57,504 bases of DNA, taken from positions 1 through 57,504 of the forward strand of contig CAMVKF010000001.1 of assembly GCA_947168035.1 (NCBI GenBank), written 5' to 3'. A model generated the notes under the pieces. The model worked only from the letters and a program-made list of their open reading frames with translations, made no database searches and had not been told where the DNA came from. The stretch is from an uncultured Clostridia bacterium. Its GTDB lineage: Bacteria; Bacillota; Clostridia; TANB77; CAG-508. Within the stretch, counting starts at the first letter, position 1, and each line of letters starts with the position of its first letter. Shown in pieces: positions 10,647-20,936 of this stretch. Both the position numbers and the translations under genes were made by a program.

Positions 10647-11393
10647 TTATGTTGTTACTTTTACATATTCATCTACAACTTCTTTTGTGTTTCCATCCAT
10701 TTTTATTTTTCCTTCATATAACCATACTGCTCTATCACATAATTCTGTTACTGCTCTCATATTATGAGTTACAAAAACCATTGTCTTTCCCTGCTTTTTT
10801 AACTCTCTCATTTTTTCAAAACATTTATTTTGAAAATGTTCATCACCAACAGATAGTATTTCATCAATTAACAAAATATCTGCATCAACATTTATTGCAA
10901 CAGAAAATGCTAGTCTCATATACATACCTGATGAATATGTTCTAACTGGATTATCAATAAATGGCCTTAATTCTGAAAATTCGATAATATCTTCTAATCT
11001 TGCATCAATCTGCTTTTTTGTTAATCCAAATATAGAGGCATTAAAATAAATATTCTCTCTTCCTGAAAAGTCTGGATGAAATCCTGCTCCAAGCTCCAAA
11101 AGAGAAGTTAATTTTCCATTTGTTGTTATTTTTCCTTTATTTGGATAAATTATCTTTGTCATAAGCTTCAAAAGAGTTGATTTCCCGCTTCCATTTGTAC
11201 CAATTAAAGCAACAACTTCGCCTTCTTTAATTTTTAAACTAATTTCTTTTAAAACTTCTCTATTTTCTTTTTTATTCCTACTAAACAAAAATAATAGTTT
11301 TTCTTTTACTGTATTTGCCCTATCTAAATATACTTTGAAAGTTTTACTTACATTATCAACTATTATTTTGTCATTGTTAAAATCATCTTTCAT
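10647..11393 (-). CDS. ABC exporter ATP-binding protein (Wzt/TagH-like)
   Basis: Walker A GTNGSGKST, signature YSSGMYMRLAF, Walker B ILLIDE. Confidence 0.9.
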   Translation of the reverse strand: MKDDFNNDKIIVDNVSKTFKVYLDRANTVKEKLLFLFSRNKKENREVLKEISLKIKEGEVVALIGTNGSGKSTLLKLMTKIIYPNKGKITTNGKLTSLLELGAGFHPDFSGRENIYFNASIFGLTKKQIDARLEDIIEFSELRPFIDNPVRTYSSGMYMRLAFSVAINVDADILLIDEILSVGDEHFQNKCFEKMRELKKQGKTMVFVTHNMRAVTELCDRAVWLYEGKIKMDGNTKEVVDEYVKVTT

Positions 11394-11420
11394 ATATAGT
11401 TTGCATCTCCTAAATCTTTA

Positions 11421-12719
11421 TTATTTTTTATCTGTCTTATTAAAACTATTTAATACACTCCTATATGTTTTGTATATTTTTCTTCTAATTTTGGTGCCTA
11501 TTTTTTCATTCTCAAGTTTTTCTACTTCATATAAGTCTTTGTACTTATTTAGTTCCTCTTGAAGCTGTCCTATTTTAATGTTAAAATTATTAATTTTATC
11601 ATCAGTTTCTTGTTTTATATTTTTAATTTGCTGTTCATAGCCTTCTCTTTGCTTTTGCATTTCATTGTAAATTGATTCTTTTTCTTTGTATATTGACACT
11701 TTTTCATCAAATATTGAATCTTTTTCATTTTTTAATTTTGTCATTCTATTTGTTAAATAATTTTCCAACTGCAAATACTTTTCAACTTCTAATTTGTATT
11801 CGTCACTATTTCCCTCAAAAATATAAATATTTCTATCTAAATTTAAATTATCATATGCAAAACGGTAGTTTTGCTCTGTAATTTGTTTTATTTTTTCTAA
11901 ATCTAATTTTTCAATTTCATTAACAACATATTCAATACTTCTACTTGCCAACTCTTTGCCCGAAAAGTTCTCTTTGGCAAAATCATTAATATTTTCAGGT
12001 GTAACCATTCCTTTTATTTCTGAATAACCACTAACAATTGCTATTCTTTTTGAAACAATTGTCTCAAGTATACATCTGTCTAGTCCTATTACAATATCAT
12101 TTTGTAACAATATGTTAAATACATCTGTTCTAGTTCCTAAAAATGTTACTTTTTCTTTTATATTTTGGACTTCTTTTATAATATCATCTTTAATACTTCC
12201 GTCACCTACAATTGTTAACCTTGCTTCAGGATGTCTTAATAAATACTCTTTAAATATATTTATTGCATTTATTATCGAAATACGTTTTTCCTCACCCATT
12301 CGTCCTAAAATCAAGAAATTGCTAATTGTATTAGGTATTTTATCATTTTTAATAATATCTTCGCTAAATTTAATACTATTATTTATTATTATATACTTAT
12401 CATCAGGTATATTGTATTTTCTTTTATTTTCTTCCATTGCTTTTTCTGTAATACATACTATCTTACTAGCCATTTCAAAAAATACACTAAACATACCTTT
12501 ATAGTCAAAATATTGTTCTTCAAACCAATTATATATCCCTTCAATTCCAGTATGAACAAATGCGACATATGGTTTTTTTTCACTTACACATGCTGGAAAT
12601 ATAGCAGGAATACAATCAAATTGATGTACATGAATCTGGTCAATTTTATAATCCCTAAAAATACTTTCTATTGTTTCAGATTTTTGTAAATCAAATCCGA
12701 TGGCATAATTCAAAGTCAA
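11421..12719 (-). CDS. GT4 glycosyltransferase, main fragment with C-terminal coiled coil (frameshifted relative to 12691..12885)
   Basis: LILGRMGEEKR...TIVGDGS... is a GT4 C-domain, followed by ~130 aa of heptad-like K/E-rich sequence. The track start is a TTG immediately after an in-frame stop. Confidence 0.65.
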   Translation of the reverse strand: MTLNYAIGFDLQKSETIESIFRDYKIDQIHVHQFDCIPAIFPACVSEKKPYVAFVHTGIEGIYNWFEEQYFDYKGMFSVFFEMASKIVCITEKAMEENKRKYNIPDDKYIIINNSIKFSEDIIKNDKIPNTISNFLILGRMGEEKRISIINAINIFKEYLLRHPEARLTIVGDGSIKDDIIKEVQNIKEKVTFLGTRTDVFNILLQNDIVIGLDRCILETIVSKRIAIVSGYSEIKGMVTPENINDFAKENFSGKELASRSIEYVVNEIEKLDLEKIKQITEQNYRFAYDNLNLDRNIYIFEGNSDEYKLEVEKYLQLENYLTNRMTKLKNEKDSIFDEKVSIYKEKESIYNEMQKQREGYEQQIKNIKQETDDKINNFNIKIGQLQEELNKYKDLYEVEKLENEKIGTKIRRKIYKTYRSVLNSFNKTDKK

Positions 12720-12885
12720 AATCTATAACAGTTGCTCCCTTTTTTTTAATAGTTTCAGAATAAACTCCATCTTTTGCTAAAACAATAACATTATTACCAA
12801 GTTCAACCATCTTTTCCACTTGATTAACAACAACAGTTTGTACTCCGCCAATATCTAATTTGTTTAAACATATTAAAATATTCAT
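12691..12885 (-). CDS. GT4 glycosyltransferase, N-terminal fragment (frameshift partner of 11421..12719)
   Basis: MNILICLNKLDIGGVQTVVVNQVEKMVELGNNVIVLAKDG is a typical GT4 N-terminal beta-alpha-beta. It overlaps the next ORF by 29 nt in another frame. Confidence 0.6.
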   Translation of the reverse strand: MNILICLNKLDIGGVQTVVVNQVEKMVELGNNVIVLAKDGVYSETIKKKGATVIDFDFELCHRI

Positions 12886-12909
12886 TTTTTATATTCCTTT
12901 TTTAAAAAA

Positions 12910-13920
12910 TCATCTTCTTTGGACTGTTTGTATATAATTCCATGAATCTTTGCACATATCCTCTAGATTCTTTTCTGCAACCCACCCTAGTTCTTCTTTG
13001 GCTTTAGTAGGGTCTGCATAACATGCTGCAATATCTCCTGGTCTTCTTGGAGCAATTTTATAATTAACTTTTTGTCCTGTAGCTTTCTCAAAAGTATGTA
13101 CCATATCAAGAACACTATAACCTGTTCCTGTACCTAAATTATATATATATAATCCTTGTCCTTCTTTTTCTAACTTTTCTAAAGCTTTTACATGTCCTAT
13201 TGACAAATCTACAACATGTATATAATCTCTAACTCCTGTACCATCTGGTGTTTCATAGTCATTTCCAAATACAGATAATTGTTCTAGTTCTCCTGATGCT
13301 ACTCTTACTATATATGGCATTAAATTATTTGGAATACCTTTTGGTTCTTCTCCAATTAAACCAGATTCATGGCTACCAACTGGGTTAAAATATCTTAAAA
13401 CACATATATCCCAAGTATTATCTGATTTATATAAATCTTCTAATATTTTTTCAATCATTAATTTAGTGGTTCCGTATGGGTTTGTTGTTCCTCCAACTCT
13501 TGAGTTTTCAGTTATAGGAACTCTTTCCGGATTACCATATACTGTTGCAGAAGAACTGAAAATGAATTTTTTGCAATCATATTTTCTCATTGTATCTAAT
13601 AAAATTATTGCACCTGAAACATTATTAAAGTAATATTCAAGTGGTTTTTGCACAGATTCTCCTACTGCTTTAAACCCTGCAAAATTTATTACGCTATCAA
13701 TTTTATTTTCTTCAAATACTTTTTCTAATTGCTCTCTATCTTTATAATCTATTTGATAAAATTTGAAGTCTTTATTTGTAATTTTTTTTATATTTTCTAA
13801 AACTTTTTCATTACTGTTTGAAAAATCATCTATTATAACAATTTCTCTTCCTTTATTTAATAGTTCGATTGCTGTATGGCTACCAATATAGCCTGCTCCA
13901 CCTGTTAATAATATCGCCAT
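12910..13920 (-). CDS. galE: UDP-glucose 4-epimerase
   Basis: [15 protein letters not shown] Rossmann motif, YGTTK, and full-length GalE-like sequence. The ATG at 13920 follows GGAAGGATGG; the track start 13962 is probably too far upstream. Confidence 0.9.
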   Translation of the reverse strand: MAILLTGGAGYIGSHTAIELLNKGREIVIIDDFSNSNEKVLENIKKITNKDFKFYQIDYKDREQLEKVFEENKIDSVINFAGFKAVGESVQKPLEYYFNNVSGAIILLDTMRKYDCKKFIFSSSATVYGNPERVPITENSRVGGTTNPYGTTKLMIEKILEDLYKSDNTWDICVLRYFNPVGSHESGLIGEEPKGIPNNLMPYIVRVASGELEQLSVFGNDYETPDGTGVRDYIHVVDLSIGHVKALEKLEKEGQGLYIYNLGTGTGYSVLDMVHTFEKATGQKVNYKIAPRRPGDIAACYADPTKAKEELGWVAEKNLEDMCKDSWNYIQTVQRR

Positions 13921-14030
13921 TTTTACCATCCTTCCTTTCTTAAGGCACAAATTATCTTTCAAACTTTACCTCTGTTTTGTATTTTTCTTATTCTATCATA
14001 TTTATATATAAAGTTTCAAGTAAATTTCAA

Positions 14031-14063
14031 AAAAAGATTGCTTTATGATAAAGCAATCTTTTT
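14031..14063 (-). terminator. stem-loop terminator after the sigma/anti-sigma pair
   Basis: aaaaagattgcttta-tga-taaagcaatcttttt: a 15-bp perfect stem with A/T tracts on both sides. Confidence 0.5.
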
Positions 14064-14106
14064 TAAAAACAAATTTTATTTTTGAAATTCCGAACACGTC
14101 TAAAAG

Positions 14107-15984
14107 CTATTCTGATTTATAACCGTTTCTTCTTATAATTATCTCGTAGTTTCCATATATTTGCCTTATTGCATCTGAAGCTTCATTTTCATGTTTCACA
14201 TATTCTAATTTTATGTTTTGAATTCCAAACTTAAGGAGTACTCCACCATTTTCATCTATAGTGTAAGTACCAATGTGCTCATTACTTACCATTGGTAGAT
14301 TTCCAGAAAATTTTCCATCTGGTGAAAAAATTAATCTACCTGGATTTTTAATATAGTCTTCTCCAAAGATTTCTTCAAATCCAACTTTTTTATAAATTCT
14401 ATTTGCTATGTCATTTTTAAAAGCTGTATAATATTGCCATTGTCCCATTTCTTTTGATATTCTTTTGTAAAGAGGGTTTTCATATGATTCAGATGGATTA
14501 TTAACAATACTGTTAGTTTGTGTTGAATTTTCTATGGTTGTATTTGTATTTACAGAATTAGTATTATTTGTATTTGTTTGGTTTGTATTTGTTTGGTTTG
14601 TATTTATTTGATTTGTCTGGTTGGTATTTGATACATTCTCACTCACAACAGTATTTCCAACAATTACATTTTCTGAGTGTTGTAAATTATTTTCTTCTTT
14701 ATTTTCAGTATTATTTTCTTGTATAGAACTTACTTCATCTTTTCCCTTAACATATTTTACTATTTTAAATTTAGAATATTTATCATATTCATTTACTTTA
14801 AAATATGCTGTTGCAATTTTTTTATCTACTTTACTATAATCGATTGAAAAACTTTCATCTTCCATTATATTAGCATATGAAAACTTCGCAGTATACAATC
14901 CCGCACAATAAGATATGTCCATTATTTCTATAACTGTATTTGGATTAAAACCTTCAGTCCCTGATAATACATCAAAGTATTCTGTACTATTTATTGTTTT
15001 TCTTTGGAATAGCTCACCTTTTTTAAATATTTCATCTACCTTCTCATATCCTATACTTTCAAGAATACCATTTACATCTTCCACTTTATATGCATTTCCA
15101 TTATTTGTTTGATATGGTTTCACATTTTTTATGCTTGAAAGTATAGCTTCTGCAAAATGGATTTTTCCATCATTATCGCTTTTTATTGTTTTTTCTTCAT
15201 ATGCTGATATAAATCCCAAATATTTCTTTAATTCAATTTCAGAAACCTTTTGAAGTGCTTCTTCTTCTCCTTCAATAACAATCTCTCTCGTATTTAAATT
15301 TATTGTAAATCTAGCTATTTTTTCATTATTTGATTTATATATCTCTAATACTATAACATTATCTTCTTGTTTATAATCATTCAATCTTAATTCCTCTGTA
15401 TACTCAGATAAATTTTGATTATTGGCTTTAACACTTATTTGATTACATATTACTTTATTTTCTGAATTATATACTTTGTAACTTAAAGGTACCAGTGTCT
15501 TATCAACTTCTATGTTTTCCTCATGTACTACTAAAGTAAGTGTTGCCTCATTTTCTTTTATTTTAAAGTTTCTAATTTGCATTCCAACATTTTCCGTTAA
15601 TTTTATTGTCTCATATGAAATTGTTATATCTCTATCTGATAAAATAGCATCTTTTCCTTCAATTGTTTCCTTATTTCCTGTAATTAAGTATTTTATCAAA
15701 AAAAATACATTCCCATAACCATTAGTTGAAGCATAAACATTTGCAGCTCCCATTATTATAATTAAACTTGCAGCTATTGCTAACATTTTCCTCCATTTTG
15801 TAACTTTTTTTACACTATTTTTAATATTTTCTTTTGTGTAATTTTCTTTTTTAAATTTTTCTTCCATAAAAAAATCCTCCTTTTTTATATTATTAAATAT
15901 ATCCTCTGATTTTTTTGAAATAAGTTTGTCTTCTTGTAATTTTTGTTTTATAAATAAATCTTTTTCATCATCCAATTTTTTCAC
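14107..15984 (-). CDS. putative anti-sigma factor / membrane protein with a large extracytoplasmic domain
   Basis: GTG start overlaps the stop of the ECF sigma gene. ~65-aa cytoplasmic part, one TM (MLAIAASLIIIMGAANVYA), ~540-aa outside part including an N/T/Q-rich tract. No zinc anti-sigma motif seen. Confidence 0.5.
   Translation of the reverse strand: MKKLDDEKDLFIKQKLQEDKLISKKSEDIFNNIKKEDFFMEEKFKKENYTKENIKNSVKKVTKWRKMLAIAASLIIIMGAANVYASTNGYGNVFFLIKYLITGNKETIEGKDAILSDRDITISYETIKLTENVGMQIRNFKIKENEATLTLVVHEENIEVDKTLVPLSYKVYNSENKVICNQISVKANNQNLSEYTEELRLNDYKQEDNVIVLEIYKSNNEKIARFTINLNTREIVIEGEEEALQKVSEIELKKYLGFISAYEEKTIKSDNDGKIHFAEAILSSIKNVKPYQTNNGNAYKVEDVNGILESIGYEKVDEIFKKGELFQRKTINSTEYFDVLSGTEGFNPNTVIEIMDISYCAGLYTAKFSYANIMEDESFSIDYSKVDKKIATAYFKVNEYDKYSKFKIVKYVKGKDEVSSIQENNTENKEENNLQHSENVIVGNTVVSENVSNTNQTNQINTNQTNTNQTNTNNTNSVNTNTTIENSTQTNSIVNNPSESYENPLYKRISKEMGQWQYYTAFKNDIANRIYKKVGFEEIFGEDYIKNPGRLIFSPDGKFSGNLPMVSNEHIGTYTIDENGGVLLKFGIQNIKLEYVKHENEASDAIRQIYGNYEIIIRRNGYKSE
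14564..14630 (-). repeat. imperfect ~15-nt tandem repeat encoding an NTNQT-type tract
   Basis: gtatttgtttggttt-like units repeated. Protein reads NTNQTNQINTNQTNTNQTNTNNTN. Confidence 0.7.
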
Positions 15985-16501
15985 CTTCTTTCTTTTTTAA
16001 GATATCATATATCTTTCCTCTCGCCCTTGATAATCTGGATTTAACTGTACCTTCTGGAATATTTAAAAATTCTGAAATTTCATTAACAGAAAATTCATCA
16101 TAATAATATAAAACTGTTACTAATTTTAAATCTTTATCAATCATATTTAAAACTGTTTCTAATGTAGATTCTTCTTTATATCTATCATAATATGAATCCT
16201 CCTCTTTCTCAATCTTTTCATCAATAGATATAATTTTTTCATTTTTTCTTATTATGTCATAACTTGTATTAATAAGTATTCTTATAATCCAAGTATTAAA
16301 ATATTTATCATTCTTTAATGTATTAATTCCTTTGTAAGCTTTTATTAATGTTTCTTGTATTGCATCACAAGTATCATCATCATTTTTTAAAATTGATATA
16401 CCTGTTTTATATAATTTAATTTTCACATCTTCCACTAACTTAGAAAAAGCTTCTTTATTTCCATTCTTTGCCAATTCGACTAATTTAACATTTGAATCCA
16501 C
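15968..16501 (-). CDS. RNA polymerase ECF-type sigma-70 factor
   Basis: 177 aa. Region 2 (YFNTWIIRILIN) and region 4 (VNEISEFLNIPEGTVKSRLSRAR) are present. GTG start follows ATAGGAGGAT. Confidence 0.85.
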   Translation of the reverse strand: MDSNVKLVELAKNGNKEAFSKLVEDVKIKLYKTGISILKNDDDTCDAIQETLIKAYKGINTLKNDKYFNTWIIRILINTSYDIIRKNEKIISIDEKIEKEEDSYYDRYKEESTLETVLNMIDKDLKLVTVLYYYDEFSVNEISEFLNIPEGTVKSRLSRARGKIYDILKKKEGEKIG

Positions 16502-16691
16502 GTTTCTTATCCTCCTATATATTAGACGTAATTTTTTTCAATTTTGGTTCACAAAAATATTATAACACCCTATAAAAAAAAAACTGTAACAATTATTTGT
16601 CTTTTTTAAGACATTTTTGTTACAGAAAAATTAATTTCCAAATTATATACATTAAATTTTTAATTTTTTTGTAAGTATTTCAACACCGCTT

Positions 16692-17471
16692 CTACTTAAA
16701 CCCAAATTTTATTTTTTCTGTTAAACTTAGCTTTATATGTAAGGGCTCTTCTATTTCTAATTTTTTATTTTGCAAAATACTTTCTTCATTAAGACAAGTT
16801 AATTCTCGTAGTTTTTCTTCACCTACAATTGACTTTATCTCATCTAATGCCTGTTGGATATTTGGATAAATAGTATCTGGTTTATGCACATCACTTCCTA
16901 GAAGATGAATGTAATTATTTTCAAAAAATTTTTTCACAATAATTTTTGCTTTTTCTCCATACCATCCTAAAATACTCAAATAGTTTGCTTGCATTAAAAC
17001 TCCTGCCTCAATTAAATCAAATATTAAGCTTGGCTGCTTTTGCACAAATGAATATCTTTCAGGATGAGCCAAAATTGGGGTATAACCATTTCCAAGAATA
17101 TCATATACTACATCATATATGTTCATAGGTTTTGTATTTAATGGAAATTCAAAAAGAACGTAATTTGTTTCATTAATAGTTGCTACAATCCCTTTTTTTA
17201 ATAAATCAACTATATTTTCAGAAAAATAAACTTCATTACCTAAATATAATTTTAAATTAATATTTTTTTTGTTTATTCCTTCTTGAAGTGCATTTATCCA
17301 AACTTTTCTTTCGGCCATATTTGATTCATATGCATTTTCAATATAATGAGAAGTCGAAATTATAGCTTTAAATCCTGCTTTTTCGGCTTCTTCAAACATT
17401 TTAAATGTTTCTTCTAAACTTTTAGAACCATCATCAACATTAGGAATTATATGGGAGTGAAAATCTATCAT
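16692..17471 (-). CDS. PHP-family tyrosine-protein phosphatase (CpsB/YwqE-like)
   Basis: MIDFHSHIIPNVDDGS, TSHY and LAHPERY motifs. Confidence 0.85.
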   Translation of the reverse strand: MIDFHSHIIPNVDDGSKSLEETFKMFEEAEKAGFKAIISTSHYIENAYESNMAERKVWINALQEGINKKNINLKLYLGNEVYFSENIVDLLKKGIVATINETNYVLFEFPLNTKPMNIYDVVYDILGNGYTPILAHPERYSFVQKQPSLIFDLIEAGVLMQANYLSILGWYGEKAKIIVKKFFENNYIHLLGSDVHKPDTIYPNIQQALDEIKSIVGEEKLRELTCLNEESILQNKKLEIEEPLHIKLSLTEKIKFGFK

Positions 17472-17572
17472 AAAACATCCTCTCCTATCTATCTTTATAG
17501 GTTATTTCTGCTATTTGCAACTTTGTTTATAAATTGCCTAAACAGTACCCTTGACTTTTTATTTGTTAAAAT

Positions 17573-18646
17573 TTATTGTTGGTTTTTTTCCTGTTCTAAA
17601 AATGAGTTTATTTGGTTTATTATAGATTCTGTTTTTTGCATTGTATTTTGGTTATCATCTATTTTTATATTATTGCTGTCTTTAGGGTAGTTTTCTATGC
17701 TATTATCGATATCTTTAGGATAATTTTCTATACTATTATTACTGTCTTTAGGATAGCTCTCCATACTATTAATACTGTCTTTAATATAGCTTTCCAAACT
17801 GTTATTGCTTGTACTCTCAACCCTATCTTTTCCGTATATATTGTCATTATTGTTTAAGTTATTTTGAGATATCTTTGTAAAAGTATTAGACTTCAAACTT
17901 TCATTACTCTTTTTGTTTTTTCTTCCGTTTTTAGATTTATTATTATCATGTCCATAATAATAATATCTTTCTCCATATCTTTTATATGAAACTGGCATTC
18001 TATTAATTACTACACCTGCTATATTTCCACCAACATTTTTTATGTTTTTTATAACTCTTGCTAAAGCATCTTTTTTGGTCATTTTATATGCGGTAACTAT
18101 TACTGTTGAATCTGCAATTCTAGATAGAATTACAGAATCTGTAACAAGCTCACTAGGAGTTCCATCTATTATTATTATATCACTTAAACTTCTTAATTCT
18201 TTTAACAGTAGTTTCATTTGAATAGAAACTAATAATTCAGAAGGATTTGGAGGAACAGAACCTGCTGACATAACATACAAATTATCAACCTCTGTTGCTT
18301 GAATATAATCTGCAACATCTTTTGATAGCTCTCCAGTTGTTTCATTTACTTCAGCTTCAGATAAAAAATTAGATAATCCTGGTTTTGGAGATATTCCAAA
18401 AACAGAATATAATCTACCTTTTCTCATATCTGAATCAATTAAAACTACTCTCTTTCCAGCTTGTGCAAATGTTACTGCTAAATTTGAAGCAGTCCAGCTT
18501 TTCCCTTCCCCAGGAAATGTACTTGTAACTAGTAAAACTTTAAGTTTTTTATTTACATTCATAAATTGTATATTTGTTCTTAAGGTTCTAAAAATTTCTG
18601 ATATTGGTGATTTAGGATTTTTATGTGCTATAACTTCTTTCTTCAT
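17573..18646 (-). CDS. BY-kinase (CpsD/YwqD-like tyrosine autokinase) with an extended repetitive C-terminal tail
   Basis: Walker A TSTFPGEGKSWTASNLA, Walker A' VLIDSDMRKG, Walker B IIIIDGTP, Tyr cluster YKRYGERYYYYG, then ~120 extra residues. Confidence 0.85.
   Translation of the reverse strand: MKKEVIAHKNPKSPISEIFRTLRTNIQFMNVNKKLKVLLVTSTFPGEGKSWTASNLAVTFAQAGKRVVLIDSDMRKGRLYSVFGISPKPGLSNFLSEAEVNETTGELSKDVADYIQATEVDNLYVMSAGSVPPNPSELLVSIQMKLLLKELRSLSDIIIIDGTPSELVTDSVILSRIADSTVIVTAYKMTKKDALARVIKNIKNVGGNIAGVVINRMPVSYKRYGERYYYYGHDNNKSKNGRKNKKSNESLKSNTFTKISQNNLNNNDNIYGKDRVESTSNNSLESYIKDSINSMESYPKDSNNSIENYPKDIDNSIENYPKDSNNIKIDDNQNTMQKTESIINQINSFLEQEKNQQ
17672..17803 (-). repeat. 4 x 33-nt tandem coding repeat (NS[LMI]E[SN]Y[IP]KDxx)
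   Basis: Protein NSLESYIKDSI NSMESYPKDSN NSIENYPKDID NSIENYPKDSN. DNA units ...gtctttagg(a/g)ta...tc(t/c)at(a/g)ct are repeated. Confidence 0.8.
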
Positions 18647-19350
18647 TATTTTTTTCCTCCTTTATCATTTGAAAAATTGTCAATTTGTGGTATAGATACA
18701 AGTACTGGTAATCCGAAATTCTTTTCAATATCTTCTGATGTTTTTATCGTTGTATCTAACATATTAGCTAATAATACATACATTACAGCAATAACAGCAC
18801 CAATAAAAGCAAATATTATTACATCTTTACTGTGGTGAATATTTGCAGGTGTATAATTTGGCTCTGCCTGGTCAAGTATATGCAAGTTATTAATTTTATA
18901 TATATCTGCAACTGTATCGCAGAAAACTTTTGCAATTTCATTTGCAATTTTTGCTGATACATCAGCATCTTCATTTGTTACTGAAATCTTTATCATCTCT
19001 GCATCTTCTACTTCTTTAACAGAAACATTTCTCTTTAGTTCCTGTTCACTAATGTTTATTCCCAAATTTGAAATTACTTGTCTAATAACATCATTACTTT
19101 TAACAATTTCACTATATGTAGATACTAATTTAGAATTTAATGTAACATCTGTTGTAGTTATAGTATTTGCCGTAGTATCATTTCCTGAAGCACTTGTTAA
19201 AACAAGTGATGTTGATGCACTGTATTTAGGTGTTGTAAAAGCAATCGTGTAAACTATACCAACTCCTGTCATAATTATTACTATTAATATTATTTGAAAT
19301 AATTTACTCATAAATAATTCAAACAATTCTTTTAAATCTAACTCTTCCAT
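18646..19350 (-). CDS. Wzz/CpsC/YwqC-like chain-length modulator (BY-kinase activator)
   Basis: 234 aa with two TM segments flanking a periplasmic-type domain. Positioned immediately upstream of, and overlapping, the BY-kinase gene. Confidence 0.8.
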   Translation of the reverse strand: MEELDLKELFELFMSKLFQIILIVIIMTGVGIVYTIAFTTPKYSASTSLVLTSASGNDTTANTITTTDVTLNSKLVSTYSEIVKSNDVIRQVISNLGINISEQELKRNVSVKEVEDAEMIKISVTNEDADVSAKIANEIAKVFCDTVADIYKINNLHILDQAEPNYTPANIHHSKDVIIFAFIGAVIAVMYVLLANMLDTTIKTSEDIEKNFGLPVLVSIPQIDNFSNDKGGKK

Positions 19351-19371
19351 ATTACTCTCCTCTTTATAATT

Positions 19372-20412
19372 TTATTTATATTTTGTTTTATTTATTATTG
19401 ATTTGCTGATTTCCTTTACAGTATCAGAAGGCTCATAGTCTGCTTCTCCAAATACTTCTTGGTGCAATTTTATTACATTACTTTCTAAAGTTACTGGAAC
19501 TCCATACCATCTATCTATTGTAATACCTCTAACTTCATATGGCCAACCTATACTTGTATTAATATGATATTTTAAAGCTTCTGGTATTAATTCTTTTATT
19601 TCATTTACTTTAATATTTGTAGATACTTCTGGTAATAATTTATTTAACATTCTATTTAGTTCTGTAATGCTTAATTTTTGTGCTTTCGCAAACGTTGCAG
19701 ATAAAACATCTCTCATTCTTTCTGCCCTTTTGTAATCTCCACCTGCAGTATACCTAATTCTTGAATATGCCAGAGCTTGTACTCCATTTAAATTTTGAAG
19801 CCCAGATTTTGTAATATGCTCCGTTTTTGTGCCCTCTTGTTTATCTATTCCATCTATATAATTATTTATATATTGCAGTTCTGCATTTTCTATTTTTATT
19901 TCTACTCCACCTATTTCGTTAATAATATCAACTACTGCACCAAAATTTACAGAAACATATTCTTTTATATCTAAGTCTAAGTTTTTATTTAAAGTATTAA
20001 TTGAAAGTTCTGCTCCACCAAATGCATATGCGTGTGTAACTTTGTCTAACCCATGACCATCTATATTTAAGAATGAATCTCTATAAACTGAAATTAGTTT
20101 TACCTCATTTGTTTCTTGGTTTATTGAAGCAATAATTATGCAGTCACTTCTTGTATCATCATATGTATCTGCTCTAGAATCCACTCCAAAAATCGCTATG
20201 TTTCTATATCCTTTTTTCTCTAACTCAACACCATCATTTACTTCAATTTTCTCATCTGGTATGCCTTCATAATGGACCTTTGAAAGCTTATTATTAAAAA
20301 TATACCAACCTATAATTCCCAAAATAATAAGTAACAGTAGTATTACTAATAACACCTTTGTAATAATTTTTATTGCTTTTAGCATTTTTTTACTCCTTTT
20401 TTTAATACCCAT
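19372..20412 (-). CDS. LytR-CpsA-Psr (LCP) family glycopolymer phosphotransferase
   Basis: N-terminal TM, then NIAIFGVDSR...RSDCIIIASIN...VYRDS...VNFGAVVDIINEIGGVEI. Confidence 0.85.
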   Translation of the reverse strand: MGIKKRSKKMLKAIKIITKVLLVILLLLIILGIIGWYIFNNKLSKVHYEGIPDEKIEVNDGVELEKKGYRNIAIFGVDSRADTYDDTRSDCIIIASINQETNEVKLISVYRDSFLNIDGHGLDKVTHAYAFGGAELSINTLNKNLDLDIKEYVSVNFGAVVDIINEIGGVEIKIENAELQYINNYIDGIDKQEGTKTEHITKSGLQNLNGVQALAYSRIRYTAGGDYKRAERMRDVLSATFAKAQKLSITELNRMLNKLLPEVSTNIKVNEIKELIPEALKYHINTSIGWPYEVRGITIDRWYGVPVTLESNVIKLHQEVFGEADYEPSDTVKEISKSIINKTKYK

Positions 20413-20464
20413 ATATTGTATTATATTTTATATAAAAAAGCAATATTTTTTTAATTTTTTTATA

Positions 20465-20510
20465 AAATACTGAAAAAAAAACACGCTTTAGCGTGTTTTT
20501 TTCAGTATTT
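20465..20510 (-). terminator. rplL operon terminator
   Basis: aaatactgaaaaaaaaacacgc-ttta-gcgtgtttttttcagtattt directly after the rplL stop. Confidence 0.6.
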
Positions 20511-20876
20511 TTATTTTAATTCTACTGTAGCTCCAACTTCAGCAAATTTTGCTTTTAAGTCTTCTGCTTCTTCTTTAGAAACTCCTTCTTTAACTGTTTT
20601 AGGAGCTCCATCAACTAAATCTTTAGCTTCTTTTAGTCCTAAACCTGTAGCATCTCTAACTACTTTTATAACTTTTATTTTTTGATCTCCTGCTGATGCA
20701 AGTACAACATCAAAAGATGTTTTTTCTTCTGCAGCGGCAGCTGCAGCTCCTCCAGCTGCTGGTGCAGCAGCTGCTACAGCAGATACACCAAATTCTTCTT
20801 CTATAGCTTTTACTAATTCAGCTAATTCTACTACTGTCATTTTTTTAATTTCTTCAATAAATTCTTCTTTACTCAT
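20511..20876 (-). CDS. rplL: 50S ribosomal protein L7/L12
   Basis: [31 protein letters not shown]...[13 protein letters not shown]. The ATG at 20876 is preceded by GGAGG; the track start 20894 contains that RBS. Confidence 0.95.
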   Translation of the reverse strand: MSKEEFIEEIKKMTVVELAELVKAIEEEFGVSAVAAAAPAAGGAAAAAAEEKTSFDVVLASAGDQKIKVIKVVRDATGLGLKEAKDLVDGAPKTVKEGVSKEEAEDLKAKFAEVGATVELK

Positions 20877-20936
20877 AATTTTAAAATCCTCCATTATTAA
20901 TTTTTAAATATTTTCTTGTGATTTAAGTTCACAACT

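Noticed and set aside
13921-13962. N-terminal extensions in the ORF track: galE 13962, rplL 20894, rpmG 24220, endolysin 48890, M14 hydrolase 7248.
   Set aside because: In each case an internal ATG is preceded by a good GGAGG-type RBS and matches the conserved family N-terminus. The upstream starts lack RBSs or contain the RBS itself.
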